The notes under the pieces: model-generated
What the model saw: only the letters and a program-made list of their open reading frames with translations
Database searches by the model: none
Told to the model about the DNA's origin: nothing
In this document: piece by piece, positions 9,266 through 19,562 of the stretch
Layout of the letters: each line of letters opens with the position of its first letter
Numbering within the stretch: the first letter of the stretch is position 1
IMG/VR virus record: IMGVR_UViG_3300026549_001205
Origin: an uncultured virus (IMG/VR IMGVR_UViG_3300026549_001205)
Lineage: Duplodnaviria; Heunggongvirae; Uroviricota; Caudoviricetes
Length of the DNA stretch: 64,000 nt
Reading direction: 5' to 3' (one strand)
Translations under genes and position numbers: made by a program

Positions 9266-10729
9266 TCAGGATACGATCTGATACTTCCTCGACGGATCAT
9301 TCTTCGGACCGGTCGCTTCCACCAGTCCTGCATCCATAAGCTGATTTAACCGATTCATGACCGTATTCCTGGATTTCTGCGTATAATCCGTAATCTCCGT
9401 CCTGGTGGCAGGTCCATGATTAAACAGGAACGTAAGGATCTGGCGCTCCAGCGCATCCAGGCCTTCCCAGAGGTCGCCGCCCAGCTGTTTTTCCACATGC
9501 CGGCTCTGCCGTATGGTCCTCATGACGATGTTATTCTTGAGGATCAGCTTCACCGAATAATTCGGCTCGCTGTACTCCGGCGGATCCAGGAAGAACTGGC
9601 TCATATCCGTGTAAATACGTTTAACACCCTCATTCAGTTCCTTCACCCAGCCGAACTCAGTCAGAACCCTGGAGATCCTCGGATTCCTGGAGAATCTTGT
9701 TGTCCGGATATTCTCCACTGTTACAATGCTTGGGAGCTTCCCCGGGCTCTCGATTTCCAGGCGATCGTCATACATGCTGACAAGAATATAGCTGCCGCTC
9801 ATCGCGTACTCACGATGCGTGACGGCATTCACGATACCCTCCTGCCAGGCAAATTCCGGATACTCCGGCACTGTGTCAAATCTTCCGGTCTTGACGTTCA
9901 GTGCCGTGAATTCGCGGAGCTGCATCCCGATAAACTCTTTGGTCTTGTCTATGATCTTGAGGAGTGGCTCTTCAATGCTGTAATCCTTGATGATATTGAT
10001 GGACGTACCTACTCCTGCATAGTTGCCGTCATAGCGAACGAAGCGAACCCTGCAGTTCGGATAGAACTGGAAAATGTTCTTCGCAAACAGCAGCACCGCT
10101 GCATTCGTCAGCTTCTGCTTTCCATCGACTTCCTTCATGAATCCTCGTGAGCTCATGACCTGTTCCGTAGGAAGTCCTGTGGCGTTGATTTTTTCCTTAT
10201 ACTGTTCAATCAGATCCGCATCCAGATCCGCCAATGTCGCATCCGGATGCACTTCATCTTCATAATGTCTGGTACTCTTTGAATATTCCAGGTTGCGGAG
10301 ATCATCCCCGCGCATCTCTCTGGATTTATCGCCAATCCGCAGATACGTCTGGTCGCTGGTCGTCCGGATCAGCTGGTCCGGGCTTTCAAAAATATGAAGG
10401 AGAAGCAGCCGATCCGGCTGTCCCTTTTCATTCGTAATGTTCAGGTACTCTTCCTTGAATCCCGGCATCGGCTTGCAGCACTGCTTCGGCGCATTGATGA
10501 ACTCATTGATCTTGTCCTCTGAGTATGCGTTTATCCCCTCCAGTGCGAGTGTCTTGTCGTTAATGCCGATAACCAGAGTTCCGCCGTCTGCATTGGCAAA
10601 GGCCGATATATGCTGAGCCAGATCCGATGGCTTGATCTTCGCAGACTTCCTGTCGAAATATTTGTTCTCATGCTCGTGGCTGATATAGCTGAGCGTCAGG
10701 AGGGGATTGATTTCTGAGTGAACTTCCAT
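9266..10729 (-). CDS. Schlafen/AlbA_2 + HATPase_c_4 + winged-HTH protein
   Basis: ENKYFDRKS..ISAFANADGGTLVIGI; EGIVNAVTHREY..DRLEIESPG..SRNP; C-terminal wHTH. Confidence 0.85.
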   Translation of the reverse strand: MEVHSEINPLLTLSYISHEHENKYFDRKSAKIKPSDLAQHISAFANADGGTLVIGINDKTLALEGINAYSEDKINEFINAPKQCCKPMPGFKEEYLNITNEKGQPDRLLLLHIFESPDQLIRTTSDQTYLRIGDKSREMRGDDLRNLEYSKSTRHYEDEVHPDATLADLDADLIEQYKEKINATGLPTEQVMSSRGFMKEVDGKQKLTNAAVLLFAKNIFQFYPNCRVRFVRYDGNYAGVGTSINIIKDYSIEEPLLKIIDKTKEFIGMQLREFTALNVKTGRFDTVPEYPEFAWQEGIVNAVTHREYAMSGSYILVSMYDDRLEIESPGKLPSIVTVENIRTTRFSRNPRISRVLTEFGWVKELNEGVKRIYTDMSQFFLDPPEYSEPNYSVKLILKNNIVMRTIRQSRHVEKQLGGDLWEGLDALERQILTFLFNHGPATRTEITDYTQKSRNTVMNRLNQLMDAGLVEATGPKNDPSRKYQIVS

Positions 10730-10743
10730 CAGGTCACCTCCTG

Positions 10744-13299
10744 TTAAACGCGGCTCAGGCTGATATCATAGTACATGAGAAGATTCGGATCCTCCTGAAT
10801 CGTCTGCTCCGGAAGTCTCTCCGCAAGGTCAACGATGGCCTGATAATTCTTCTCCTTCCAGAGCTTTGCAAAACCAACACGGATGGCCTCAGAACGGAAC
10901 TGCTTCAATTTTCCCTTTGAAGCCATGTAGCCCTCGAACTCCTTCAACAGGTTCTTTTCTCTCAATTTAGCTACATCGCCTTCTTTTCTAACATCGGGAA
11001 TATACCAGCGTCCTTTTTCATCCTGAATGAAGTTTTCTTCTAGAAGTTCTGCTAATTCAGGAATAGTCTCAAACTTATCGACAGTCTTTACCTCTTGCAT
11101 GAACTTTGGCTGAATTTCTGCATATGTTTGCGGTGTGTCTAATTGCTGATACAGCCATGCAATAGCGGACTTTTCATTTGTGACAAATAATTCAAACTGG
11201 ATTGGTTCCACATCCATTTTTATACGAGCTGTGTCATACTCATTCACTTGATCAGGCAAGAAATACATTCCATCGCGTTGAATATATCTTTCATTCAGTC
11301 CTCGATAAAAGTCCGCAGAATCAAGAGGTACCGGCAGTCCTTGCACAATGTGATATGCTACCATCCGGTCAAATAAGAGGAAAGCTTGTCTCTCTGGAAC
11401 AATATCTATCTTTCCATTCTTGTCGGCATCCACAACAACTGGAAGATTCATTAAATGTTGCTGTACAAAAGCCCACGCTGTTTCTTCAGTTCCTGCATTG
11501 GCAAGCAATTTTTTCTTAAAGCTCTCCTTTGGTTTATATGCGGATATTACCAAATCTTGCTTAACAGCAGTTGCAGCATTAATTTGTTTAAAACTGCTCC
11601 CTTGCTTGTCAAGGGTTCGTACGTCAGCAACAATAAATCCAGTTTTTTGTAGTGCCTCTTGAATCGCATTCCACACAGCATTTTTAGAATTGTGAAATTC
11701 AACCGTAATCCATCTATTAGGTTTAAGAACTCTATAATATTCTGCAAAGCATTCCGTCATTAAATTCTGATATTCCGCAAGTGCTTTACCCATTGTTGGG
11801 TTGACTATTGCTTCATACTTATTATTTGTAATTGCTCCGATCCAAGATTCCCACAAAAAGCTTAACTCCGAGTAATTAAGATTTGCCCCAAATGGCGGAT
11901 CGGTGAAAATGTAATCACATGTATTATCTCCAATAAGCAAGTCAGTAGTTGACCCTGTCGAAATACACGCGCTATTTCCTGCATTATCTTTAAGTGCCTC
12001 TGCAAATTTTTTTATCTTGCCTTCATAAGCATCAAACGGGTTAGCCTCACTGATCATCGATGATACATACAACGTTCCGCTCAAAGGATTATACGGGAAT
12101 GATACCTGCGGCCTGTATCTGTTCATCTTACTTATATTAATAATCTGACTTGTAAAAAATATCCTAAGCATCGATGAATGCTCTGATTTACAAATCAAAT
12201 CATACATTTTGCTCAATACATATAAGGTTCTTTTATAAAAGTAATCGTGTACATGAGTAAGTCCAATCTTATCATTACGGCGGCTCTCCTTACCTTCGCA
12301 CATGCGATCTGTAGGATACCAGTAAGGGATATCGATATTTTCAATTTTCTTTATTAACTCCAGATCTTGTTCGTTCGGAGTTTTCTTATATCGTTTTCTT
12401 CCACTCTTGTACGCAATAAGAACCGGTTTCTGCTTTACTATTTGTCTGGTCTCGCCAAGCGCACGATCATAATATGTATCAAATGCATTTTCACAATCTT
12501 TCTTCTTAAGTTCCATTCCGCAGCCATTGCATTTGAACGAATCTTCCACCTTTCCGGTTTCAGGGTCCACTGCTGCGTTATAAAATACTATTTCTCGGCC
12601 ACAGTGAGGACAAATAAACACATCTGACCAAACTGTATAATTGATTTCCCCTTCAACTCCAAAAGACATTTGTCCATCAGGCGAATCCAAAGATGTTTTG
12701 TACATCCAACCGCATTCCTTCCTTGTTTCAGAAAGGATTCTTTCAGCCTCTTTTTGAAACGCAGATATATCAATATCAGAGTTATAGTTCTGTGATATCA
12801 GCGTAGCTATCGGTGATAAATCATTAAGAACAGGATATCTCCTTCCCCATTTTACATAGGGCATTTCATGATCAATCAGTGCTTTAAACTGGCTTTCAGG
12901 ATGAGCACACATATTGGCAGCAACACCTGTCATTCCAGTACCGCAAAAGCCGTCTAACACAACATCTCCCGGTTTCGTGTAATGCAATATATAGCGCATT
13001 ATCGCCTTGTGAGGGACTTTTGTATGATAGGTATGAGCATTATAAATTGCGTCACTTTTCCCTTCACTGACATCTGCAGCAAACGGTTCACACTGGTATT
13101 CATCAGTATTCTCATCATATGGAGTGCCAAGCTCATCGATATAATCTGTCATAAAAGGATTCGGAAAAGCTGTATATTGCGGTGCTTGAGACAACGCGAT
13201 TAAATCTTCATCCTTACCGATTGGAAACCCTTCTCTCCCCCTAACCTTATCGATATCTTCTTTTGTTAGCTTTCTTGATTCCATCTCCTTATGCCTCAC
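10744..13299 (-). CDS. pglXI: BREX type 3 DNA methyltransferase PglXI (N6/N4 family)
   Basis: HTYHTKVPH, VLDGFCGTGMTG (SAM-binding), CPHC/CNGC, IFTDPPF (catalytic). Overlaps brxC. Confidence 0.88.
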   Translation of the reverse strand: MRHKEMESRKLTKEDIDKVRGREGFPIGKDEDLIALSQAPQYTAFPNPFMTDYIDELGTPYDENTDEYQCEPFAADVSEGKSDAIYNAHTYHTKVPHKAIMRYILHYTKPGDVVLDGFCGTGMTGVAANMCAHPESQFKALIDHEMPYVKWGRRYPVLNDLSPIATLISQNYNSDIDISAFQKEAERILSETRKECGWMYKTSLDSPDGQMSFGVEGEINYTVWSDVFICPHCGREIVFYNAAVDPETGKVEDSFKCNGCGMELKKKDCENAFDTYYDRALGETRQIVKQKPVLIAYKSGRKRYKKTPNEQDLELIKKIENIDIPYWYPTDRMCEGKESRRNDKIGLTHVHDYFYKRTLYVLSKMYDLICKSEHSSMLRIFFTSQIINISKMNRYRPQVSFPYNPLSGTLYVSSMISEANPFDAYEGKIKKFAEALKDNAGNSACISTGSTTDLLIGDNTCDYIFTDPPFGANLNYSELSFLWESWIGAITNNKYEAIVNPTMGKALAEYQNLMTECFAEYYRVLKPNRWITVEFHNSKNAVWNAIQEALQKTGFIVADVRTLDKQGSSFKQINAATAVKQDLVISAYKPKESFKKKLLANAGTEETAWAFVQQHLMNLPVVVDADKNGKIDIVPERQAFLLFDRMVAYHIVQGLPVPLDSADFYRGLNERYIQRDGMYFLPDQVNEYDTARIKMDVEPIQFELFVTNEKSAIAWLYQQLDTPQTYAEIQPKFMQEVKTVDKFETIPELAELLEENFIQDEKGRWYIPDVRKEGDVAKLREKNLLKEFEGYMASKGKLKQFRSEAIRVGFAKLWKEKNYQAIVDLAERLPEQTIQEDPNLLMYYDISLSRV

Positions 13300-16200
13300 T
13301 TTCTTTCCGCTTTACGACGATACGAAGCCTGCTGGTATCCTTACCCTTGGTATATGTCTTCACGATATCTCTGATCTTCGCTTCGAAGGATGCTTCATCC
13401 ATCGGCGGCAATTCTTCCAGCTTCTGTATCAGATCTTCCGTTTGGATAACCACCGGCTCGAAGCCATCCAGCAGAGAATTGATGCTCTTTACGAAGAAGT
13501 CGTCTACTTTCTCCGGCAACTTCCCGCTGGCAACAAAATCATCGATGGCTTTTGCTTCGCTGTCTTTCAGAAACTTCTTCTGATCCATAATGATGGGATC
13601 GGAAAGTGTATCCAGGAGGATCTTCGTCCATTCGGCGACCATATTGTCAATGCGGATTTCCAGATTGTCGAGCTGCCCATACACGTTCTTTGCCTTATCT
13701 TCCAGGCTGAAGCGACAATGCGGGCAGATTGGGCTTGCCTTCAAATCCGAAGGCGACAGGCTGTAGCACACTTTCAGATTCGCCATATCCTGCTCAAGCT
13801 CTGAGAGCTTTGCCCCGGACAAGATCTGAATTCCCTTCAGCTTCCTCAGATTGCTTAGCGCCTGTCCTTCCTGAATCTTGCCCCGCCTCTTTGCATCGTC
13901 AATGCCGAGTCTCTTCTTTTTGTGCTCCTCATAGTAGATATCGATATATTTCGATTTAATCTTTTCCAGCTTTGCAATAACCTTCTGCGCAGCCACGTCT
14001 CCGGCAGTCCCATCCATGATGCTGTCACGGATCTCTCTGAAATCCGCCTTGGCATTCTCAATCTCTGATTTCATGGAAGCTCCGAGATCGATATATTCAA
14101 TGCTTGAAATATAGGAAATGATGTCTGTGCAGTCGGTCTTGAATGTCATATACTCCGGGATCCGCTTCAGGATTTCAATCGTCTTTCCAAGCTCTTCTAC
14201 CTGTTCAAAGGAAAGCGTGAAATTGTTCAGCTTCGCCGGTGTGTTATATTTCGCCTGATAATTGCTGAATTCATCCTTAACAACCGTGCAGGCTTTCCTC
14301 ATCATGCCTACTTCCTGCTGATTGGCAAGAGGCTCTCCCCACAGCTCAAAGCCCTCGTTCAGCTTACGTTCTGCAAGGACCGCACTGTTGCTCATATCCT
14401 TGGCCTTCTTCAGCAGCTCTGCCACGCCCTTCTCACGATCGTTCGGATTGTCGAGCAGTGCCGGATTGATATCAAGGATTTCGAACAGTTTCTTCAGCTC
14501 GGCCATGGAGATCTGCGCCGGCCTGGACAGATATTTGAACTCGTATAGATCAAACACGCTCATCTTCGGCACCTTATCCAGATTGGAAGCCGTCAACGTA
14601 CTGCCGTCCCTTAGTGTGATGACGGCATATCCGGCATAAACCAGAGACAAGAAGATGATCGGTGTGAAGATATAGTTGATCTTGAACTTTCTGTCCACGA
14701 ACATATCATCATTGGCAGGGTCAAAGATATCCGAATAGTTCAGCACAGCTTGCGGCTGCAGTTTCTTGACCATGTCGATATAATAGGAGGCATACTTGGA
14801 TCCCTCCGGCCGGATCTTATCGCCGTCCAGAATTCCGAAGCTCTGCAGCATAGCGGTAGACTGTTGCGTCTTTCTTCCTGCGAAGTGATCAAAGGCAGCT
14901 CTGACGTTATCCGCCTGATTTTTCCTGGTGATCTTCGTCTTCATTACCGGATATCCGGGATAGATCGTTCCGAAATATTCGTCCAGGCAGATAGAAGCAG
15001 CCAGATCAATGGTATCCTTGAAAGTCATGTCTCTGTTGTACTTGCCCTTCAGCACTTCGATCAGCTGACGCATGTGGCACTTATAGGTCACATTGAAGCA
15101 GGTATTCTTGTTCTCGCTCAGATACTTGATCAGTTTCTTCTTGAGCATGGCTGCCTTGCCAAGATAGGCGTCCTTGTCCTTGCCCTCACTGGCATCCGCC
15201 TGTACATTGGCAGCAGCAAACATTCTGAGGTTCTCTTTGAACTCATCATTTCCCCGGAAATAGAAGTACACTTCATCATCCAGATTGTTGACTTCATTGC
15301 TGACATCACCAAACGGCGGCATGATGTGGATATAGAAGTCCCTCTCCGGCTGCGCAGTGCTACGCTCTCCCGGGAGTCCCATAAACAGATAGCCTTCCCG
15401 GAAGATATTATGAGAATCCCAGTTCAGGTCATATTGGTAGATCTTGAAGCCATTGACATACTCGCGAGCCTCCCATTCCAGGCAGCTGTATACGACCGTG
15501 TAGAAATATCGGTTCAGCTCTCCATCCGCCAGCATCGAAGCTCTCTGCTTGATGCGTTCGTCATAGTCAACGATCTTGTCTACATCGATGTAGTACTGAT
15601 TGTTGGATTCATTATGAATAATGAACTGCCCGGAGACCGTCTTCATGATCTCCCGCAGCGTAGCATTCACGGCTCCCAGCAGGAAATCAGCATCCTGCTC
15701 CGGCATCGGCAGGTACAGGCACAGATCATCCTTCAGATTCTCAGCAGTCAGACCGAACTGTACATCCAGACCGTTTGTCGTCAGACGATGAACGCTCAGT
15801 GCATAGATGATCTGGATCGCCATAGGCTTGTAAGCAGCCTTGGTAAATGACCTGTTGATGATCTCCTCCAGCTGAGTGCTGGCGCCGACGACGCGGCTGA
15901 TCGTCACATCGCTCTTCAGAAGGCCATTGGATTTGATTGCAGGCCAATAATTATCAAAGGAAATGATTCCTGGCGCGTCTTCAGGTACATCGTCATCGAA
16001 TATATCCTTGATCGTCATGGAAATGTTCTTCAGTATATGGCGGTTCTCAATGACATAGATCTTATTGAAGACATCGATGTAGGACGGATGTATCGGGAAG
16101 AGATCCACGAAATCATCCATCTTGGAAGACATGCCTGCATACAGATTGCTAAACTTCTCCAGATGTTCGCGGATCATCGCCTTTTGCTCCGGAGTCTTCT

Positions 16201-16981
16201 TCAGGATACGTTCCGAAACAACATAGGCTGTGGCTTCCTTCGTGATTATGATCTGCGTGAAGCGGTCTCCTACCTTCTTCAGCGTATCGCTGACGAAACT
16301 GAATCGTGGATTATCAAAGACCTTCTCCTGCACGCCGCAGATCAGACGGATCTTCGACTTGGAACACATCTCCGCCATGGACTGGAGGAACGCCAGATCC
16401 AGTACGATCTGTCGCTCATCTCTGGAAGTCAGGTAAGACAGAAGCTCATCGATAACGATCAGATATCCCTTGTCCGGATACTTGGACTGAAATGCCTGCA
16501 TGACTTCCTTGATCAGACGGGCATTATCCCGGACATTGTCCAGATTCGGTACTTTGTAATCGATACCTCTGTCCGCAAAATCATCTTCGATCTCCTCGAG
16601 GATAATCTCCCGGAGGGGCATCGTAAGGCCGTCTACCTTCAGCCTGAGAACCTCAAACTTTCCGGCAACGATCTTCATATCCTCAGCGAACTTTTTATTC
16701 TGGGCATAGTCCAGATTCTCCGCATCTGTAGCAATAGCTGCAATGACGGACATCAAGTGTGATTTACCGGTACCATAGTTACCGACAATCATCACAGCCT
16801 TGTTATCAATGACCTCTTCCATCTGCAGCTGATCGATAACCGTCGCCTTCAGATTTTCCGCCATCGTATCGGACATGACATAGGTCTGCACCATGTCACG
16901 GGCTACCTTTTTATCTGCTGTTTCAAGCAGCTGAATCGTAGATTCAATTGGCTTGAAACTGATGAGCTCCGAATACTTCAT
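13289..16981 (-). CDS. brxC: BREX type 3 ATPase BrxC/PglY (DUF6079-like)
   Basis: GNYGTGKSHLM Walker A, IVIDELL Walker B, FPIHPSY, C-terminal CPHC; 1230 aa. Confidence 0.88.
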   Translation of the reverse strand: MKYSELISFKPIESTIQLLETADKKVARDMVQTYVMSDTMAENLKATVIDQLQMEEVIDNKAVMIVGNYGTGKSHLMSVIAAIATDAENLDYAQNKKFAEDMKIVAGKFEVLRLKVDGLTMPLREIILEEIEDDFADRGIDYKVPNLDNVRDNARLIKEVMQAFQSKYPDKGYLIVIDELLSYLTSRDERQIVLDLAFLQSMAEMCSKSKIRLICGVQEKVFDNPRFSFVSDTLKKVGDRFTQIIITKEATAYVVSERILKKTPEQKAMIREHLEKFSNLYAGMSSKMDDFVDLFPIHPSYIDVFNKIYVIENRHILKNISMTIKDIFDDDVPEDAPGIISFDNYWPAIKSNGLLKSDVTISRVVGASTQLEEIINRSFTKAAYKPMAIQIIYALSVHRLTTNGLDVQFGLTAENLKDDLCLYLPMPEQDADFLLGAVNATLREIMKTVSGQFIIHNESNNQYYIDVDKIVDYDERIKQRASMLADGELNRYFYTVVYSCLEWEAREYVNGFKIYQYDLNWDSHNIFREGYLFMGLPGERSTAQPERDFYIHIMPPFGDVSNEVNNLDDEVYFYFRGNDEFKENLRMFAAANVQADASEGKDKDAYLGKAAMLKKKLIKYLSENKNTCFNVTYKCHMRQLIEVLKGKYNRDMTFKDTIDLAASICLDEYFGTIYPGYPVMKTKITRKNQADNVRAAFDHFAGRKTQQSTAMLQSFGILDGDKIRPEGSKYASYYIDMVKKLQPQAVLNYSDIFDPANDDMFVDRKFKINYIFTPIIFLSLVYAGYAVITLRDGSTLTASNLDKVPKMSVFDLYEFKYLSRPAQISMAELKKLFEILDINPALLDNPNDREKGVAELLKKAKDMSNSAVLAERKLNEGFELWGEPLANQQEVGMMRKACTVVKDEFSNYQAKYNTPAKLNNFTLSFEQVEELGKTIEILKRIPEYMTFKTDCTDIISYISSIEYIDLGASMKSEIENAKADFREIRDSIMDGTAGDVAAQKVIAKLEKIKSKYIDIYYEEHKKKRLGIDDAKRRGKIQEGQALSNLRKLKGIQILSGAKLSELEQDMANLKVCYSLSPSDLKASPICPHCRFSLEDKAKNVYGQLDNLEIRIDNMVAEWTKILLDTLSDPIIMDQKKFLKDSEAKAIDDFVASGKLPEKVDDFFVKSINSLLDGFEPVVIQTEDLIQKLEELPPMDEASFEAKIRDIVKTYTKGKDTSRLRIVVKRKESEA

Positions 16982-17418
16982 TTTCCTTGTCCTCCAATCA
17001 CACAGGTAATATCATAGTCAGCCAGGTTATATGCCTTGTAATCTGCATAACCTTCTTCGCTGTAGAGCAGTCTCCCGTTCTCAAGCCTGCCTGGCCATAT
17101 CACGCTGTATCTTTTTCTTTTTCTTGCCGCAATCAAGATCTTCAGTACATCGACCTTATAGTCCGGATTGAACATCACATCGATATCCTTGATAATTACG
17201 CCATCCGGATACCGGTCCAGAACCTTATTGAAGATCTGCTCCAGTTTCATGCTACGTCTTTTTTCCTTGCAGGCCAGCAGTTCCTCCGCCAGTTCTTTAC
17301 TCACCGACTTCGGTTCCTTCGTCTCCTGCAGCTTCTGAATAGCCTTCACATATACCATCAGTCGGTTCAGCATATCCTCGTTTGAAGGGACATGCTCGTA
17401 GGTAATCAAAGTCCCCAT
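16978..17418 (-). CDS. brxF: BREX type 3 BrxF-like protein
   Basis: IKDIDVMFNPDYKVDVLK..VIWPG....LLYSEEG pattern; first gene of the operon, overlapping brxC; no Walker A visible. Confidence 0.75.
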   Translation of the reverse strand: MGTLITYEHVPSNEDMLNRLMVYVKAIQKLQETKEPKSVSKELAEELLACKEKRRSMKLEQIFNKVLDRYPDGVIIKDIDVMFNPDYKVDVLKILIAARKRKRYSVIWPGRLENGRLLYSEEGYADYKAYNLADYDITCVIGGQGK

Positions 17419-17439
17419 ATCTCTTCATTCCTTGTCTGA

Positions 17440-17664
17440 CTATTCTTCTTCAGAATCATCTTCAACCATTTCCATGATGTCGGAAAAATCACAGTCAAGC
17501 GCATTGCAGATTTTCACCAGCACATCCGTGGTGATGTTCGCATTTTTCCCAAGCTTTGCCAGTGATGCTGTGCTGATGCCGCTCTCCTCTTTAAGCTTTG
17601 TGCGATTCCATTTTTTATCTATCAATTTTTTCCAGAGCTTATCGTAGCTGATTGTTCTCTTCAT
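17440..17664 (-). CDS. XRE/Cro-C1 (HTH_26) transcriptional regulator
   Basis: SYDKLWKKLIDK..L....GIS..SLAKLGKN..ITTDVL.KIC.ALDC.FSDIME. Confidence 0.9.
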   Translation of the reverse strand: MKRTISYDKLWKKLIDKKWNRTKLKEESGISTASLAKLGKNANITTDVLVKICNALDCDFSDIMEMVEDDSEEE

Positions 17665-17705
17665 TGTTGTATTGTTCCCTCCACATCTTCACAAACAGCT
17701 GTATC

Positions 17706-19562
17706 TTACTCTTCTACAGGATTTCTCACATCATGCAGGAATCCATACCGTCCTTCACCGCTGTCATCCATCGTGAAGAGGATCCGGTTCGCCTTTTTAT
17801 AATCAACATTTTCCGGAAGTTCATTCTCCGCAATGATCACCTGATTATTACCGCAATTATCGATCATGTACTGGATCAGCGATGCCCGCATCCCAACGGT
17901 AGCCTTCTCAGCTTCCTTGATGTCGTACTTTTTCTCCTTCAATGAGAGAATCGGAGAATCCAGTACCAGAAAATGCGCGCCATACTTTCCGCTGCTTTCC
18001 AGATATTTCATTAGGTTGAACAGCATGATGGTGTTAAGAAAAGCACGATATCCTTTACCCTGATTCTTTTTATGCCTTCCGCCAACAACGACATCGGCAG
18101 TATTGATATTAAGCAGGGACTCAGGACTTCCGGTATAGGCGCATTCCTTTATCATCTCGTTGATGGAATCACTGAGTTCTTTCCATATTTCCTTATCAAA
18201 CGACTTCTTGGCATCAAACTTCGTCGCGGTTTCGTCTTCCTCATTCTCCTTCTCAAACACGTCGGTTCCGAGTTCTGAGGACATATATGCAATTGAATCG
18301 AGCTGCTTGCGTAGCTCTTGGATACGGCGATACTCTGCAACAGCCCTTCTCAGTTCTGCGACATGCGGCCGGAGATCTTGATTTAGGAGGTTGGTTATGC
18401 TGCTGTTCTGCGCGTTCAGATCTTTCAATGATATCTCTAAGCCTCTTATCTCCTGTTTGGTATCAGCCTCTGTCGCTTCCAGATCTCCCATCTGCAGCCT
18501 GATACGCGCAAGTTCCGCTCTCGCAGATTCTACATAGGTTGTGCGATCTTCTTCATCAGCCTCCATCTCGTGACCACAGAAAGGGCAATGATCCTTATGC
18601 TTGATGGTCTTACCTTTTTCATCACCGTCTACAATAAACTTGAGGCGTTTGATGTCAGACATATATTGCGAATGCAGTGCCTTGTATCTATTATCCAGAA
18701 ATCTTGCCTCCTGAAGCTTGACGTTCTGTCCATAGATCTGTGCCAGTATCTTGCGACTATCCTCAGAAGCGTCCTCAATCCGCTTTTCTATCTTTTCAAT
18801 CTCAGAAACAAACTCATCGATCTTGGCATCGATATCTACGCCTTCATCTGCTGCCAGTTCTTTCTCCAATTGCTTCTTCTGCTCAGTCAGCGCCGTGATC
18901 TTATGATTCAAATAGCTGATTACGCCCGCTTTCTGTGTCGCCCTTTTCTCAAGTTCCTCGACGCTGACCTTGGGCAGGAACCGATTCAGATCATCCTCCG
19001 TAATAAGATATATCAGTGCTGTCAGGCTTTTTGTAATTGTTGAATGTCCTGGTGTATCAAAAGCCGTCCTCTTCTCAAAGATATTCTCTTCTCCCAGAAA
19101 GAAGAAATGAAAAATCGTTCGAATAGTCATTCCTTCTGCGGATGGTGCCTGCGTGGCAATTAGCTCCGGAACCTTATCAATTCCTATCAGCTTCAGAAGC
19201 AGATCACTGTATTCTCCGGTACTAATCTTAAATTCATCTCGCGTTACTCCCGGAAGGTCAGTGTTCACCTTTACAACATTGGATCCTTTGTCTCCAGTTG
19301 TGCCTTCTTCGATCTTTCTCTCTGCGTGAAATGAATAACCATCATCCGATTTCATTTCCATGATGACAGTGTCGTATCCTGTGTCTTCTTTCGAGAACGG
19401 CACCTCTTTACCGGCGAACATGAAATCAATGCAGCCAATTACATAAGATTTTCCCGTATTTGACGGTCCTTCAATGATATTCACTCCATCTTTAAAATCT
19501 ACGGCAGAGTACCTGACCTTGTCTCCGGAGGCTGCAATCTTTGATATATGAAATCTGCTCAC
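17706..19562 (-). CDS. SMC/Rad50-like ABC ATPase of an ABC-three-component (Lamassu-like) system
   Basis: GPSNTGKS Walker A, coiled coils with central CPFC, GKGYRA signature, LVLDSP Walker B, IIAEN. Confidence 0.88.
   Translation of the reverse strand: MSRFHISKIAASGDKVRYSAVDFKDGVNIIEGPSNTGKSYVIGCIDFMFAGKEVPFSKEDTGYDTVIMEMKSDDGYSFHAERKIEEGTTGDKGSNVVKVNTDLPGVTRDEFKISTGEYSDLLLKLIGIDKVPELIATQAPSAEGMTIRTIFHFFFLGEENIFEKRTAFDTPGHSTITKSLTALIYLITEDDLNRFLPKVSVEELEKRATQKAGVISYLNHKITALTEQKKQLEKELAADEGVDIDAKIDEFVSEIEKIEKRIEDASEDSRKILAQIYGQNVKLQEARFLDNRYKALHSQYMSDIKRLKFIVDGDEKGKTIKHKDHCPFCGHEMEADEEDRTTYVESARAELARIRLQMGDLEATEADTKQEIRGLEISLKDLNAQNSSITNLLNQDLRPHVAELRRAVAEYRRIQELRKQLDSIAYMSSELGTDVFEKENEEDETATKFDAKKSFDKEIWKELSDSINEMIKECAYTGSPESLLNINTADVVVGGRHKKNQGKGYRAFLNTIMLFNLMKYLESSGKYGAHFLVLDSPILSLKEKKYDIKEAEKATVGMRASLIQYMIDNCGNNQVIIAENELPENVDYKKANRILFTMDDSGEGRYGFLHDVRNPVEE

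Noticed and set aside
14750..15850. Long plus-strand ORFs (also 31771..32775, 40809..41798 and many others)
   Set aside because: Antisense shadows of well-supported minus-strand genes, with no recognisable motifs.
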